A stretch of 64,000 nt of DNA from Candidatus Adlerbacteria bacterium (GCA_963749085.1 CAVVLG010000003.1:5432-69431), one strand, 5' to 3'; numbered from the stretch's first letter, positions 1 through 8,831 are shown. The notes: generated from the sequence alone by a model not told the origin. Program-made: numbers and translations.

Positions 1-59
1 TGAGGGGACTTCAATGAGCTGTCTTGAGGCCGGTCAACCGGTCCTCTCAGCCGGTGCCA

Positions 60-89
60 ATTATACACCATCTATGCCCATTCTGTCAA
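60..89 (-). promoter_or_regulatory. consensus sigma70 promoter (TTGACA-18 nt-TATAAT) pointing off the left edge
   Basis: Minus strand reads TTGACA (89-84), 18-nt spacer, TATAAT (65-60). Confidence 0.7.
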
Positions 90-624
90 GTAACGCCGAG
101 AAGATGCTTGATATTGCGTGGGTAAACCTCTCTGGCCTATGCGAGGAGGTGCTCGTGTTCATTATGAGTCTGGAACTCAAAGAACCATATGTAATATGGC
201 GCATACCGGAAGAAAAACGAGCGCAGCATAATTGGAAGAGGTATAGAATTGCACATCGAGATTATCCTGAAGCGCATATTTCCACCTCATAAAAGTTCGA
301 ATCCCTGCGCCCTCCTCTAGCTTTTTCAAAAAAGTACTGCGTAAAAACGCCTAAGAATAAGGTCTTAACATAGGCCCGATAAAAAAGACTACGAGCGGAG
401 GCGTAGTCATCCGAACCGTCGGCATAGTCGCTACGCCATCTGGCTTAAAATATAGTCTTTATGTTTTTGGGTTCTTGGTTCGAATCCTCAAGACCTCAAA
501 AAAGGCCGCCCAGTTATCCATGAGATACGAGATTTATACGCGGATGGATATTCCTGGACAATTTTGTATATCCTTAATTCTATGGTATAGTTCTTCCCAG
601 CCTTTGATCTTTGAGGAGAGCATC

Positions 625-1062
625 GTGAGCACATACCAGACGCGTCGCCAACACCTCATGGATTTGGGGTTCAGCGACAAGACCATCGAAATATGGGAGA
701 AACAGACGCCAAAACTGTTCTCCGAGGAGTTCGTGAACGCCAAACTACGATATGGACGCAAGTTGAGCAGGTTCGGAGTGGATGGGGTCGCCCTCGCAAG
801 GGCGTTCCCGCCGCTCCTCGGATACAGCATCAAGCGTATCCGACTGCTTGCCCGCATCATCTTCTCCTTGGAGGATGGTGATGCGGCGGCATTCCTTTCA
901 CTCATAACGAAGGAACCGCTTTCGGTTGTTGCCGGACAGTTGAGCACCAACCGATTGACCAAGCAGGGCCTTCAGCAGAGTATCCGCATACGGAAGGGAC
1001 GAAACGAGGTGACCCGGACCCCGTATTTTAGACAGGTGGTCGAAATTAACAGGCATAATTAG
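625..1062 (+). pseudogene. helical-repeat (mTERF-like) protein, 3' end interrupted by IS3
   Basis: GTG at 625 after GAGGAG; repeats LMDLGFSDKTI..TPKLF and LSRFGVD..FPPLLGYSI; frame runs into the IS end at 1010. Confidence 0.5.
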
Positions 1063-1065
1063 CAC

Positions 1066-1326
1066 ATGAGCAAAAGAGGACACCACTTAGCAGCAGAAGT
1101 GAAAGCAGATATCGTTCGCAGGATCAAGGAAGAAGGGGTGCCGGTGGCCCAGGCAGCCAAGGAGCACGGCGTGCACGACTCCACCATCTACGGATGGCTG
1201 GGTGCGGGCTCTCAAGGAGCGCCGACGTTCTCGGAGTTCTCACGGATCCAAAAGCAGAACAAAGAACTTCTCGAGATCGTTGGAGAGATGACGCTCAAAC
1301 TCTCCCAGTCCCAAAAAAAGAATTGA
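1066..1326 (+). CDS. IS3 transposase OrfA (HTH)
   Basis: VAQAAKEHGVHDSTIYGW HTH followed by coiled coil. Confidence 0.9.
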   Translation: MSKRGHHLAAEVKADIVRRIKEEGVPVAQAAKEHGVHDSTIYGWLGAGSQGAPTFSEFSRIQKQNKELLEIVGEMTLKLSQSQKKN

Positions 1327-2144
1327 AAGAAGAAAAGAAGCTGGGCCGCAGCGAGCTGGCCCGAAGCCTCGGCATCTCACGCTCCACGCTCTACTACTCC
1401 CCGAGGAAGGAAACCCGCGATTGGTCATTGAAAGTGAAGATTGAGGAAGCGCTGCGACAGCATCCCAGTTACGGCTCAAGGAGGATTGCCCTGCATCTCC
1501 GCCTAAATCGAAAAGGAGTGCGACGGGTCATGCGCCGCTTCGGCATCAAGCCCTACCGCAGACATGGCAGGAAATACCTTGTGAAGAAACGGGTTCCGGT
1601 CATCTACGCCAACCTGCTCGTCACCACCATGCCGGTATATCCTGACCATATCTGGGCGACCGACTTCACCGAACTGAAGCATCACGGGCACAAAGTGTAC
1701 GTCGCCACGGTAGAGGATCTCTACACCAGAAAAATCGTCGGCGTTACGGTAGCGCTGAGGAAAGGAGCACCGCTCAGCTTGCAAGCACTGCACGGTGCAC
1801 TGCTGCATCACCCACACCCGGAAATCTTCCACAGCGACAACGGCAAAGAGTACACCGCTAAAGTATTCGTCGCAACGCTTCAGCGGGTGGGATGCCTCAT
1901 TTCACGTAGCCATCCGGGTTGCCCATGGGAGAACGGGTACCAAGAAAGTTTCTACGACAAGTTCAAAGTGGACTTGGGAGACCCCAACCGCTTCAAAACG
2001 CTCGGTGAACTGGTGGCGGAGGTCTACCGCACCATCTGGGAGTACAATCACACGCGCATCCATTCCGCGCTCAGGATGTCGCCCGCAGAGTTCGCAGAAA
2101 AAGCACAGAAATCCCAATTAAAAGCACTTCGACTCGCTGTATGA
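1323..2144 (+). CDS. IS3 transposase OrfB (DDE/rve), fused to OrfA by -1 frameshift
   Basis: YGSRRI, WATDFT, FHSDNG, ESFYDKFK, YNHTRIHSAL motifs; A7G slippery site 1313-1320; start approximate. Confidence 0.9.
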   Translation: MKEEKKLGRSELARSLGISRSTLYYSPRKETRDWSLKVKIEEALRQHPSYGSRRIALHLRLNRKGVRRVMRRFGIKPYRRHGRKYLVKKRVPVIYANLLVTTMPVYPDHIWATDFTELKHHGHKVYVATVEDLYTRKIVGVTVALRKGAPLSLQALHGALLHHPHPEIFHSDNGKEYTAKVFVATLQRVGCLISRSHPGCPWENGYQESFYDKFKVDLGDPNRFKTLGELVAEVYRTIWEYNHTRIHSALRMSPAEFAEKAQKSQLKALRLAV

Positions 2145-2432
2145 CAAATGGGGTCCTTTACACGGTGTCCCCGCCGCATTGATTTTCTCGCCTAATTCGT
2201 TCATCACTTTCGGGTCGTTAGTATCCTTCCCTTGCGATTCGGCATCTACAATCATTTTGTCGGCCAAATCCGCTTTCATTTTTAGCGTTTCTAAAAAGAA
2301 AACATCTTCATCTTTAATCTTCACTAGATTCTCCAGTCCGAGTTGCGCGGCACGATATTTCCCATTCATGGCATTGGGACGAGAGTACAAATCTGCCTTG
2401 ATAAGCTCCCCCGGATTCAATTCTCCCTTCAT
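2118..2432 (-). pseudogene. hypothetical protein truncated by the IS3 right end
   Basis: ORF with TAAGAT -10 box 6 nt upstream; reading frame enters the IS at 2162. Confidence 0.55.
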
Positions 2433-2595
2433 AAAATCATCTTAGCTTAAAGATGGGAACTTGAGTACTCGGGTCTGTCCGATACAAAAGTCTTCGGGCG
2501 GTCTACTTGATTGTCCTTTTTGATGTATAGTGCAGGTAGTAAATAGTGTGAAGGACCTACCCCTAATGGCTTATCTGCTAGGCAAGGTTAAGAAT

Positions 2596-2690
2596 CGTAA
2601 TCGATAGAAAACCCGTCATTCAGGGCGTCGATTACGTTATGTGGGGAAACTCACATATGAGTCGCAAGGCTCACCTGGTGGCGGGCTTTG
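2596..2690 (+). ncRNA. putative structured RNA leader (multi-stem junction, two GNRA hairpins)
   Basis: Stem 2612-2624/2674-2685 encloses TATGTGGG-GAAA-CTCACATA and TGAGTC-GCAA-GGCTCA; extra 9-bp pairing 2596-2604/2628-2636. Confidence 0.5.
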
Positions 2691-2734
2691 TGTATCAAAA
2701 CAAGCCTCCAGCATTAAAGGCTAAATAGATTGAG

Positions 2735-3873
2735 ATGAAAAAATATTTTGTAGCCGGGGTAGTTATCGCAGTTTTGCTTCCAGTTTTTGTATTTGCACAA
2801 ACGGCTTCATTCAACACCAATCTTTACTACGGAATCACAGGGAGCACCGATGTGTCCGCTCTCCAAGAATTTCTTACACAACAGGGTGCTTATCATGGTC
2901 CAACTAGTGGCAATTTCTTTTCGCTCACTCTTAGCGGGGTAAAAACATTTCAAAAGGCAGAGGGCATAACTCCTGTTTCCGGCTATGTAGGGCCAGTAAC
3001 GCGCGGGGTGATAAATAAAATTCTCGCTGGGCAAGTATCCAGCTCGGAGGGAAATGCCACAACCACGCAAGCACCGGTGGATTTGTCTCAGCAAACAAAT
3101 CAAGCAACCACTACATACACTCCAAATATTCCGCAATCTGTTACATATCTCTGTCCTACAGGAGATTCAGGAACATATCCAAATTGCATTGCTCCACAAT
3201 GTCCCCAATTTTACACCGGCACCTATCCAAACTGCGTAGCACTACAGTGTCCAAGCGGTTACACAGGCACCTATCCTAGTTGCGTTGCTCCCACACAAAC
3301 AACGATGCAGTGTCCCGCAGGTGAAACAGGTACATATCCGAATTGCACCACCACCGCCGTTGTTAGCCAAATCCCAGCGCCTACTTGTGAACTAACAGCT
3401 GCAACTACGCCATATAGCTACGCAACCGATAGTTTGACTATCGGTTGGACTACGCAAAACGCGAATACTGGAACTCTCTCAGGAGATTATTTATTGTTCT
3501 CTAATCCTCTCGCCACACAACCCATCCACGATTACTCAATTCAGAACTCCACAGCCGAAAATGCTACGGCAGAGTCAATTCCAACCTTGGCTTTACCTCC
3601 TAGCCCAGCCCTTGGTGGGGGTAACTGCAATGCCTCAAACACCTCTATTGCAAATGGAATTACATATTGCGGTGGAGCAGTCAGTGGAGGGGCTACCATT
3701 AACTCAGGCTATTACAGAGACCTCAGTTTGCAGCAGACAACGTGGCCTCTTCTACAGCAACTAACGGGATGGTAGAAATTTCTAATTGGACACCAACCAT
3801 TACCCTAAATGTACAAGGAAATGGTGGGAGTGGCTCATGCAGTCTTACTGTTACGAGCCCAAATCCGTGGTAA
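2735..3873 (+). CDS. secreted peptidoglycan-binding-domain protein with Cys repeats; 1-nt frameshift near 3720
   Basis: Signal peptide; DVSALQEFL..FQKAEGI..GYVGPVTR PG-binding motif; annotated frame stops at 3775 but the alternate frame continues to ...GSGSCSLTVTSPNPW* at 3873. Confidence 0.75.
3152..3346 (+). repeat. four coding tandem repeats CPxGYTGTYPNC (~48 bp unit)
   Basis: CPTGDSGTYPNC, CPQFYTGTYPNC, CPSGYTGTYPSC, CPAGETGTYPNC. Confidence 0.85.
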
Positions 3874-3909
3874 ACAATCGGCAAATAGACACAACGTGCC
3901 AATAATTTT

Positions 3910-4767
3910 ATGAATAAAAACACAGTGATTGGGGTTATTGTAGTCGTTGCAATTATCGCAGTTGCGGTCGCATACTCTGCTGGCCAAAACTCAAATAGTA
4001 CCGCACAACCAGCGAGTACACCGAGCACATCTCTGGCTCCGGACACCGCGTCTGTTGACATAGCTACCACAACTTTTTATATACAGTCGAATGCGAATGC
4101 ACGGAGCTGTGGTGATTTATCATGCAGTGTACTCGATACTTGGTCTATAAATAGCTCCATTACTAGAGTGGCGCCGACAACTCTTGCTGCTTTACCTGAA
4201 TGGGTAAGTTATCCACTAGAGGATTGGGATTACAACCATGGTGCGAGTCGACAATATACAACAGGTTACATAAATAAAATTAATTTGGGGATATATCCTG
4301 TCGTAATCAGCCAGACCGCCCCCTCTAAATCAACGGGACAATCTGCTAGTACACCCACATCTGCTGCGCAGCAGACGTCAACCTACATTGTGCCGACTCA
4401 ACCATCATCATTGAACATAGATGCCAATATTGTTACAAATAGCGCACCTTGTGAAGCAATAGCAAATGAAGGTGCTCAAAGTGAAGAAGCATTAGGTATT
4501 TACCAAACTATTTCTGTAAGTCAGGCACACCTGAAGGAACAGATTTCCAATGGTAACAGTTCTTATGAATGTTTTTACCAAATTAATTACTCTTTTGAGG
4601 GATACAACGGCGAGACAACGGGAACGGAAATCATGGCTGCACCCAATAATACTACTGTCGCCTACTGTAATTACACAGCAGCGGGCGGGACGGCCTGTCA
4701 GGAAGGTTCGGCGTCTATAACTGAGTCAGTATTTAATTTGATTGACGCGAACTTACTTACAAACTAG
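3910..4767 (+). CDS. membrane-anchored secreted protein, SH3b-like segment
   Basis: N-terminal TM helix; ANARSCGDLSCSVL resembles bacterial SH3; S/T-rich linkers. Confidence 0.65.
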   Translation: MNKNTVIGVIVVVAIIAVAVAYSAGQNSNSTAQPASTPSTSLAPDTASVDIATTTFYIQSNANARSCGDLSCSVLDTWSINSSITRVAPTTLAALPEWVSYPLEDWDYNHGASRQYTTGYINKINLGIYPVVISQTAPSKSTGQSASTPTSAAQQTSTYIVPTQPSSLNIDANIVTNSAPCEAIANEGAQSEEALGIYQTISVSQAHLKEQISNGNSSYECFYQINYSFEGYNGETTGTEIMAAPNNTTVAYCNYTAAGGTACQEGSASITESVFNLIDANLLTN

Positions 4768-4852
4768 TGCCCCTGAACGGAGGCTTTATGGTCTTAACCT
4801 ATGCGATATTGGCTGCCTAATCTCTAAGGGTGTAGGATGAGCTTACTAAAGC

Positions 4853-6106
4853 ATGGCAAAAAAAGTTTTTTTCTCTTGGCAAGCTGATACTCCACTAGAC
4901 ACTGGGCGAACCTTTTTGCGTGAGGCACTGGAAGAAGCCTGCAAAGAGCTGGGTGGTAACGACGTGACGGAGGCAGAACGCGATGAACTAGTCGTTGAAA
5001 GTGACACTGAGGGTGAGGCAGGCCAACCGCCCATCATGGACACCATACTGGCAAAAATAGACGCTGCGGCAGTAGTCGTGGCAGATATGACATTTACTGG
5101 GACGCGGTTAGATGGTCGGCCAACTCCAAACGCTAATGTGCTGATTGAATACGGATGGGCCTTAAAGTCATTGGGTCATCGCCGAGTCGTTACGATTATG
5201 AATGAGGCATTTGGCAAGGCGACACGCGAATCTTTGCCGTTTGATTTATCGCATATGCGTTTTCCTGTGCGGTTCACTCTCCCAGAGAATGCTACTGCAG
5301 CGGAAAGAACTCAAATAAAACGTAAGCTTGTGGGCACGTTAAAATTGGCAATAGGTACGAGTCTTGCTACAGTGCCAACCCCAACTGTCGAACCGCCCCC
5401 TGGTTTCCCGCAGGCGGCCATCAAGAATGGGCCAGCCCGTTTTCGAAGCAAAGGAGAAGCCATTGGTATCGAAGACGGTCTTCTTTCTGATGAGCCTAAA
5501 GAGATTTTTCTTGCAGATGGCCCGGCCATGTGGCTTAGGCTTATGCCAGAAACCCCACTGGAAAAAGAGTGGTTAACGTATGACATGAAGCAACTTCTAC
5601 TGCAGGGGAATGCCCTTACGCTGGTTCCAATGATATTAGGGTCAGGATGGAACCCGCTGCGTGCCGAGGATGGTATTGGAGTGTATGAGAATGGCATCAG
5701 CAGGACTAACGCACCCAACTCTCTAGAAGTCGACGATGTTGCCTTTGCCTTTAAAACGGGCGAGATATGGAGCATCGATACGGGATTATTGTCCTCAGAT
5801 GAGACACGAGTACCGTTTGTGGAGTCTTATTACGTGCAGCGCATTAAAAATTATGCACAATTCCTTCAACTATTGGGCGCCCAACCACCTTACCGTTGGA
5901 TTGCGGGACTCACTGGTGTGCAGAAAAGGGGGTTGAGCAGACCCGATACACAGACTCAACGATTTATTAATTCAAAACTTATTTGTTTGAGCGATACCAT
6001 TGAGGCGCAGGGTGCCTATGATGGGAAGGAGGACGCTGTAGAAGCACTTATGCCCTTCTTTAGGAAGATATTCGAAGCTGGCGGGGTGCCACGCCCTAAT
6101 TATTAG
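4853..6106 (+). CDS. TIR-like / nucleoside 2-deoxyribosyltransferase-like domain protein (putative defence effector)
   Basis: VFFSWQAD..IMDTILAKID..VVADMT..PNANVLIEYGWA..LPFDL motifs. Confidence 0.7.
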   Translation: MAKKVFFSWQADTPLDTGRTFLREALEEACKELGGNDVTEAERDELVVESDTEGEAGQPPIMDTILAKIDAAAVVVADMTFTGTRLDGRPTPNANVLIEYGWALKSLGHRRVVTIMNEAFGKATRESLPFDLSHMRFPVRFTLPENATAAERTQIKRKLVGTLKLAIGTSLATVPTPTVEPPPGFPQAAIKNGPARFRSKGEAIGIEDGLLSDEPKEIFLADGPAMWLRLMPETPLEKEWLTYDMKQLLLQGNALTLVPMILGSGWNPLRAEDGIGVYENGISRTNAPNSLEVDDVAFAFKTGEIWSIDTGLLSSDETRVPFVESYYVQRIKNYAQFLQLLGAQPPYRWIAGLTGVQKRGLSRPDTQTQRFINSKLICLSDTIEAQGAYDGKEDAVEALMPFFRKIFEAGGVPRPNY

Positions 6107-6611
6107 GCTTTGAAGTCATTATATCTTCCACTGTGATACCTGCCCGTTTGATAATTTGATATTTTGCCTCACTTGAGAGGTAGGGCTGCCGTATGAGCTT
6201 GGAAAGCCGCCGCGCTTGTCTAGATGGTTGTGGATACGGCAAGCGGCAACAAATGCGACAGAGTGGCGCTTCAAGCATGGAGTACTGGTAAAGATACTTT
6301 ACTCGCCGATAACAGCCATTACAGCGGAAATAGAAGATAAATCCGCGCCGCAGGTTTGAGGGTAGAAAATCAACCTTTTGCTCGTGCCAGAAAGGACGAC
6401 CGTCCCCAAAAACGTCCCGTACCGACTTAAAAGCCGTGTTTGCGGGATTATTCATCGTCTCCACCATATATTCAACGTTACCGCGATGTCTGGTATCAAA
6501 TACGCGCCCCTGAGTATTCCTCATGTAGAACACAAAAGCCCTCACATAGTCGGTAATGTCCTTGCGGTCGAGGATAGTTATTGCTGGTTTCTTCTTCTGC
6601 TGGCCGTACAT
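6096..6611 (-). CDS. hypothetical Zn-finger protein (mobile-element type)
   Basis: FYFRCNGCYRRVKYLY...CRICCRLPY two CxxC pairs. Confidence 0.6.
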   Translation of the reverse strand: MYGQQKKKPAITILDRKDITDYVRAFVFYMRNTQGRVFDTRHRGNVEYMVETMNNPANTAFKSVRDVFGDGRPFWHEQKVDFLPSNLRRGFIFYFRCNGCYRRVKYLYQYSMLEAPLCRICCRLPYPQPSRQARRLSKLIRQPYLSSEAKYQIIKRAGITVEDIMTSKPNN

Positions 6612-6847
6612 AATTGCTAAGTAACCTCTAAGGTTTTTATTATGAAAAAATCAATAAATCAAATCTGCCCCTGTGATATTTATGCAGGTATAAGAGCCTC
6701 TAGTTCCTGTATACTGGTTTTAATCCAATCACGGTGGTTTGCCAGTTCGGAAAGCCAACCTAATGGGTCTGGCCTTTTACCAAATTAGTGGCATTAAAAA
6801 GAGGCCTAGAAATAAGGGCACCTGAGTCTGCCGATACTAAATAATCT

Positions 6848-6935
6848 TGGCGGAGGCGGAGAGATTCGAACTCTCGGTGGGTTGCCCCACACACGCTTTC
6901 CAAGCGTGCGCACTAGACCGCTATGCGACGCCTCC
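6848..6935 (-). tRNA. tRNA-Ser(GGA)
   Basis: GGAGGCG/CGCCTCC acceptor, anticodon loop CACGC-TTGGAAA-GCGTG, long variable arm, GTTCGAATC, encoded CCA. Confidence 0.97.
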
Positions 6936-6981
6936 GTAAAGACAACCTTAGCAAATCCCGCGCTGTTAGGCGAGAGATTTC

Positions 6982-7590
6982 TTATAGTCCGAAATTCTTT
7001 TTGATTTCAGGTTTTAACTTAGTAAGAGCCAACACGCGCTGGCTTATCTGTGCATGCTCCACCTCGGTCAGTTCGGAGCGGATTTTATTAAATCTAGGTA
7101 TGTACAGGACTGCGTCAAAGGGGACGCCCTTTTGGGAGATACGAGATGCTTCAAACGGTATGTATCCTTCGGTGGAATCTTTAGCGAGGTGTACGGCGCC
7201 TTGGCTGTCTATAAAAGCCATGACCATACGAAACCGAGCTGTTCTTTTCTCCCACGGTATGCCGAGCATTTTATCGATGGTGTAATCGATCAATTCCTTA
7301 TCAGTAACATTCTCATCACCTGTCTTCCACCGGCGACTGTATATTCCCGGTTCGCCGTTGAGATAATCGATCTCAAGACCGCCGTCATCAGCGACGCACG
7401 GTAAACCGGATTGTTGAAAATAAGTTTGGGCTTTGAGAATTGCGTTGTCCTCAAAGGACTTCCCCGTTTCTTCAATGGAGTGCAAGCCTAGGTCTGAAAG
7501 CGAAACAAGTTCGAGAGGTAACCCCTTCAGTTGCTCACGATATTGGCCAAATTTCCCTTCGTTGCTAGTCGCTACCAGAAGCTTGGGCAT
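6982..7590 (-). CDS. rdgB: non-canonical purine NTP pyrophosphatase (RdgB/HAM1)
   Basis: ATSNEGK, EETGKSFEDNAILKA, ADDGGLEIDYLNGEPGIYSRR. Confidence 0.9.
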   Translation of the reverse strand: MPKLLVATSNEGKFGQYREQLKGLPLELVSLSDLGLHSIEETGKSFEDNAILKAQTYFQQSGLPCVADDGGLEIDYLNGEPGIYSRRWKTGDENVTDKELIDYTIDKMLGIPWEKRTARFRMVMAFIDSQGAVHLAKDSTEGYIPFEASRISQKGVPFDAVLYIPRFNKIRSELTEVEHAQISQRVLALTKLKPEIKKNFGL

Positions 7591-7659
7591 TAGAGGATTG
7601 TAGCAGAAAAGAAAAAACGGCCGGTCATGCAATGACTCAGCCGTAGCGCGATTGGTCGA

Positions 7660-7857
7660 TCAGCGATATCCCCTGCCTGAACCGCGGTGTTTTGAAATGC
7701 CATGCTGTATGCCGCCGTTTGGCTCATCGCGCAGTACGTCATGGATACTTCTTATGCGGGCTCTTTGAAACTTTTTTCGAGCTGCAAGCTCTTCGGTATA
7801 GGTCGGACCTTCGAAATCCTTGAACCTTTCCCAGCTCATTTCCTGCTGATCAGGCAT
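7660..7857 (-). CDS. small hypothetical protein
   Basis: ATG preceded by AGGGAGG; fills the intergenic gap. Confidence 0.4.
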   Translation of the reverse strand: MPDQQEMSWERFKDFEGPTYTEELAARKKFQRARIRSIHDVLRDEPNGGIQHGISKHRGSGRGYR

Positions 7858-7899
7858 TGATATTCCCTCCCTGCTTGGTCCAAAGCCACTATAACACAC

Positions 7900-8799
7900 T
7901 TAATTATCGCCTACAAGCGCCTTGATGCGGTCTTCAATGGGAGGGTGCGTGTTGAAAAGTTTTGCAATGCCGCTCATGGCTGCCTTGGCTCCGAACGGAT
8001 TGGAGATATACAGATGCGCGGTGGCATTGTTGGCATGGCGCATCGGCTGTGTATAGTTGCCGATTTTTCGCAGTGCGCTCGCCAAACCCTCGGGATAACG
8101 GGTGAGAAGTGCGCCGGAAGCGTCAGCCAGAAACTCGCGCTTGCGTGATATGGCGAGCTGGATGAGCATGGCAAGGATAGGGGACAAAACAATAAAAGCG
8201 ACGGCGACTATAGCTAAAAGGGGATTGTTTCCCTGTCTGTTTTTATTACTCCCACCGATGCCGAAAAACGATGCTCGTAAAAATAGATCTGCAACCAAGG
8301 TCACGATGCCGACTAAGACTACCGCGACGGTCGAGACGACCATGTCGCGGTTACCGACATGCGAGAGCTCGTGCGCAATAACCCCTTGGAGCTCATTCTC
8401 ATCCATCATGCCGAGGAGTCCGCTGGTGACTGCAAGCGCCGCGTGGCTGGGGTTGCGACCGGTAGCAAAGGCATTGGGCTGTGGGTCGTTGATGATATAG
8501 ACCTTTGGTTTGGGCAAACCCGCGGTAATAGCAAGATTTTCTACGATGCGATTGAGTTCGGCATACTGCGGGCCGTCCGCCGGCGTCGCCCGCGCCATTT
8601 TTATGACCAGCTTGTCGGAGAACCAGTAGCTGCCGATGTTCATTACGACCGCCAAAACGACCGCAAATACCAGGATGGCAATGTCGTCGTAATACCATGA
8701 AATCGCCCACCCCACGCCGATAACCACGCACAAAAACACGGCCATCAAAATCCATGTCCGGGCTATATTTTCGTCTTTGTGGGTATATAAAGTGGCCAT
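7900..8799 (-). CDS. htpX: M48 zinc metalloprotease HtpX
   Basis: PNAFATG, HELSH, SRKREFLADA, THPP. Confidence 0.95.
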   Translation of the reverse strand: MATLYTHKDENIARTWILMAVFLCVVIGVGWAISWYYDDIAILVFAVVLAVVMNIGSYWFSDKLVIKMARATPADGPQYAELNRIVENLAITAGLPKPKVYIINDPQPNAFATGRNPSHAALAVTSGLLGMMDENELQGVIAHELSHVGNRDMVVSTVAVVLVGIVTLVADLFLRASFFGIGGSNKNRQGNNPLLAIVAVAFIVLSPILAMLIQLAISRKREFLADASGALLTRYPEGLASALRKIGNYTQPMRHANNATAHLYISNPFGAKAAMSGIAKLFNTHPPIEDRIKALVGDN

Positions 8800-8831
8800 A
8801 CGCTGGAACCTTACAAACTAGAACTATTCAG

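Larger units (their letters stand above)
1010..2162 (+). mobile_element. IS3-family insertion sequence (~1.15 kb)
   Basis: TG...CA ends with imperfect IRs TGacccGGACCCCgtattttagaca / TGtaaaGGACCCCatttgtcataca; orfA/orfB organisation. Confidence 0.9.

Noticed and set aside
14-292. 92-aa ORF
   Set aside because: No recognisable motif; overlaps an opposite-strand promoter and structured element
2596-2690. HDV-like or hammerhead ribozyme assignment
   Set aside because: Nested topology is superficially HDV-like but there is no room for P3/L3/P1.1, and no CUGANGA core
3152-3346. 48-bp periodic repeat as a CRISPR array
   Set aside because: In-frame coding repeat with synonymous variation, no unique spacers, no cas genes
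361-4808. GGTCTTAAC.TA..GATA at ~361 and ~4790
   Set aside because: Only ~9 identical bases; cannot be separated from chance
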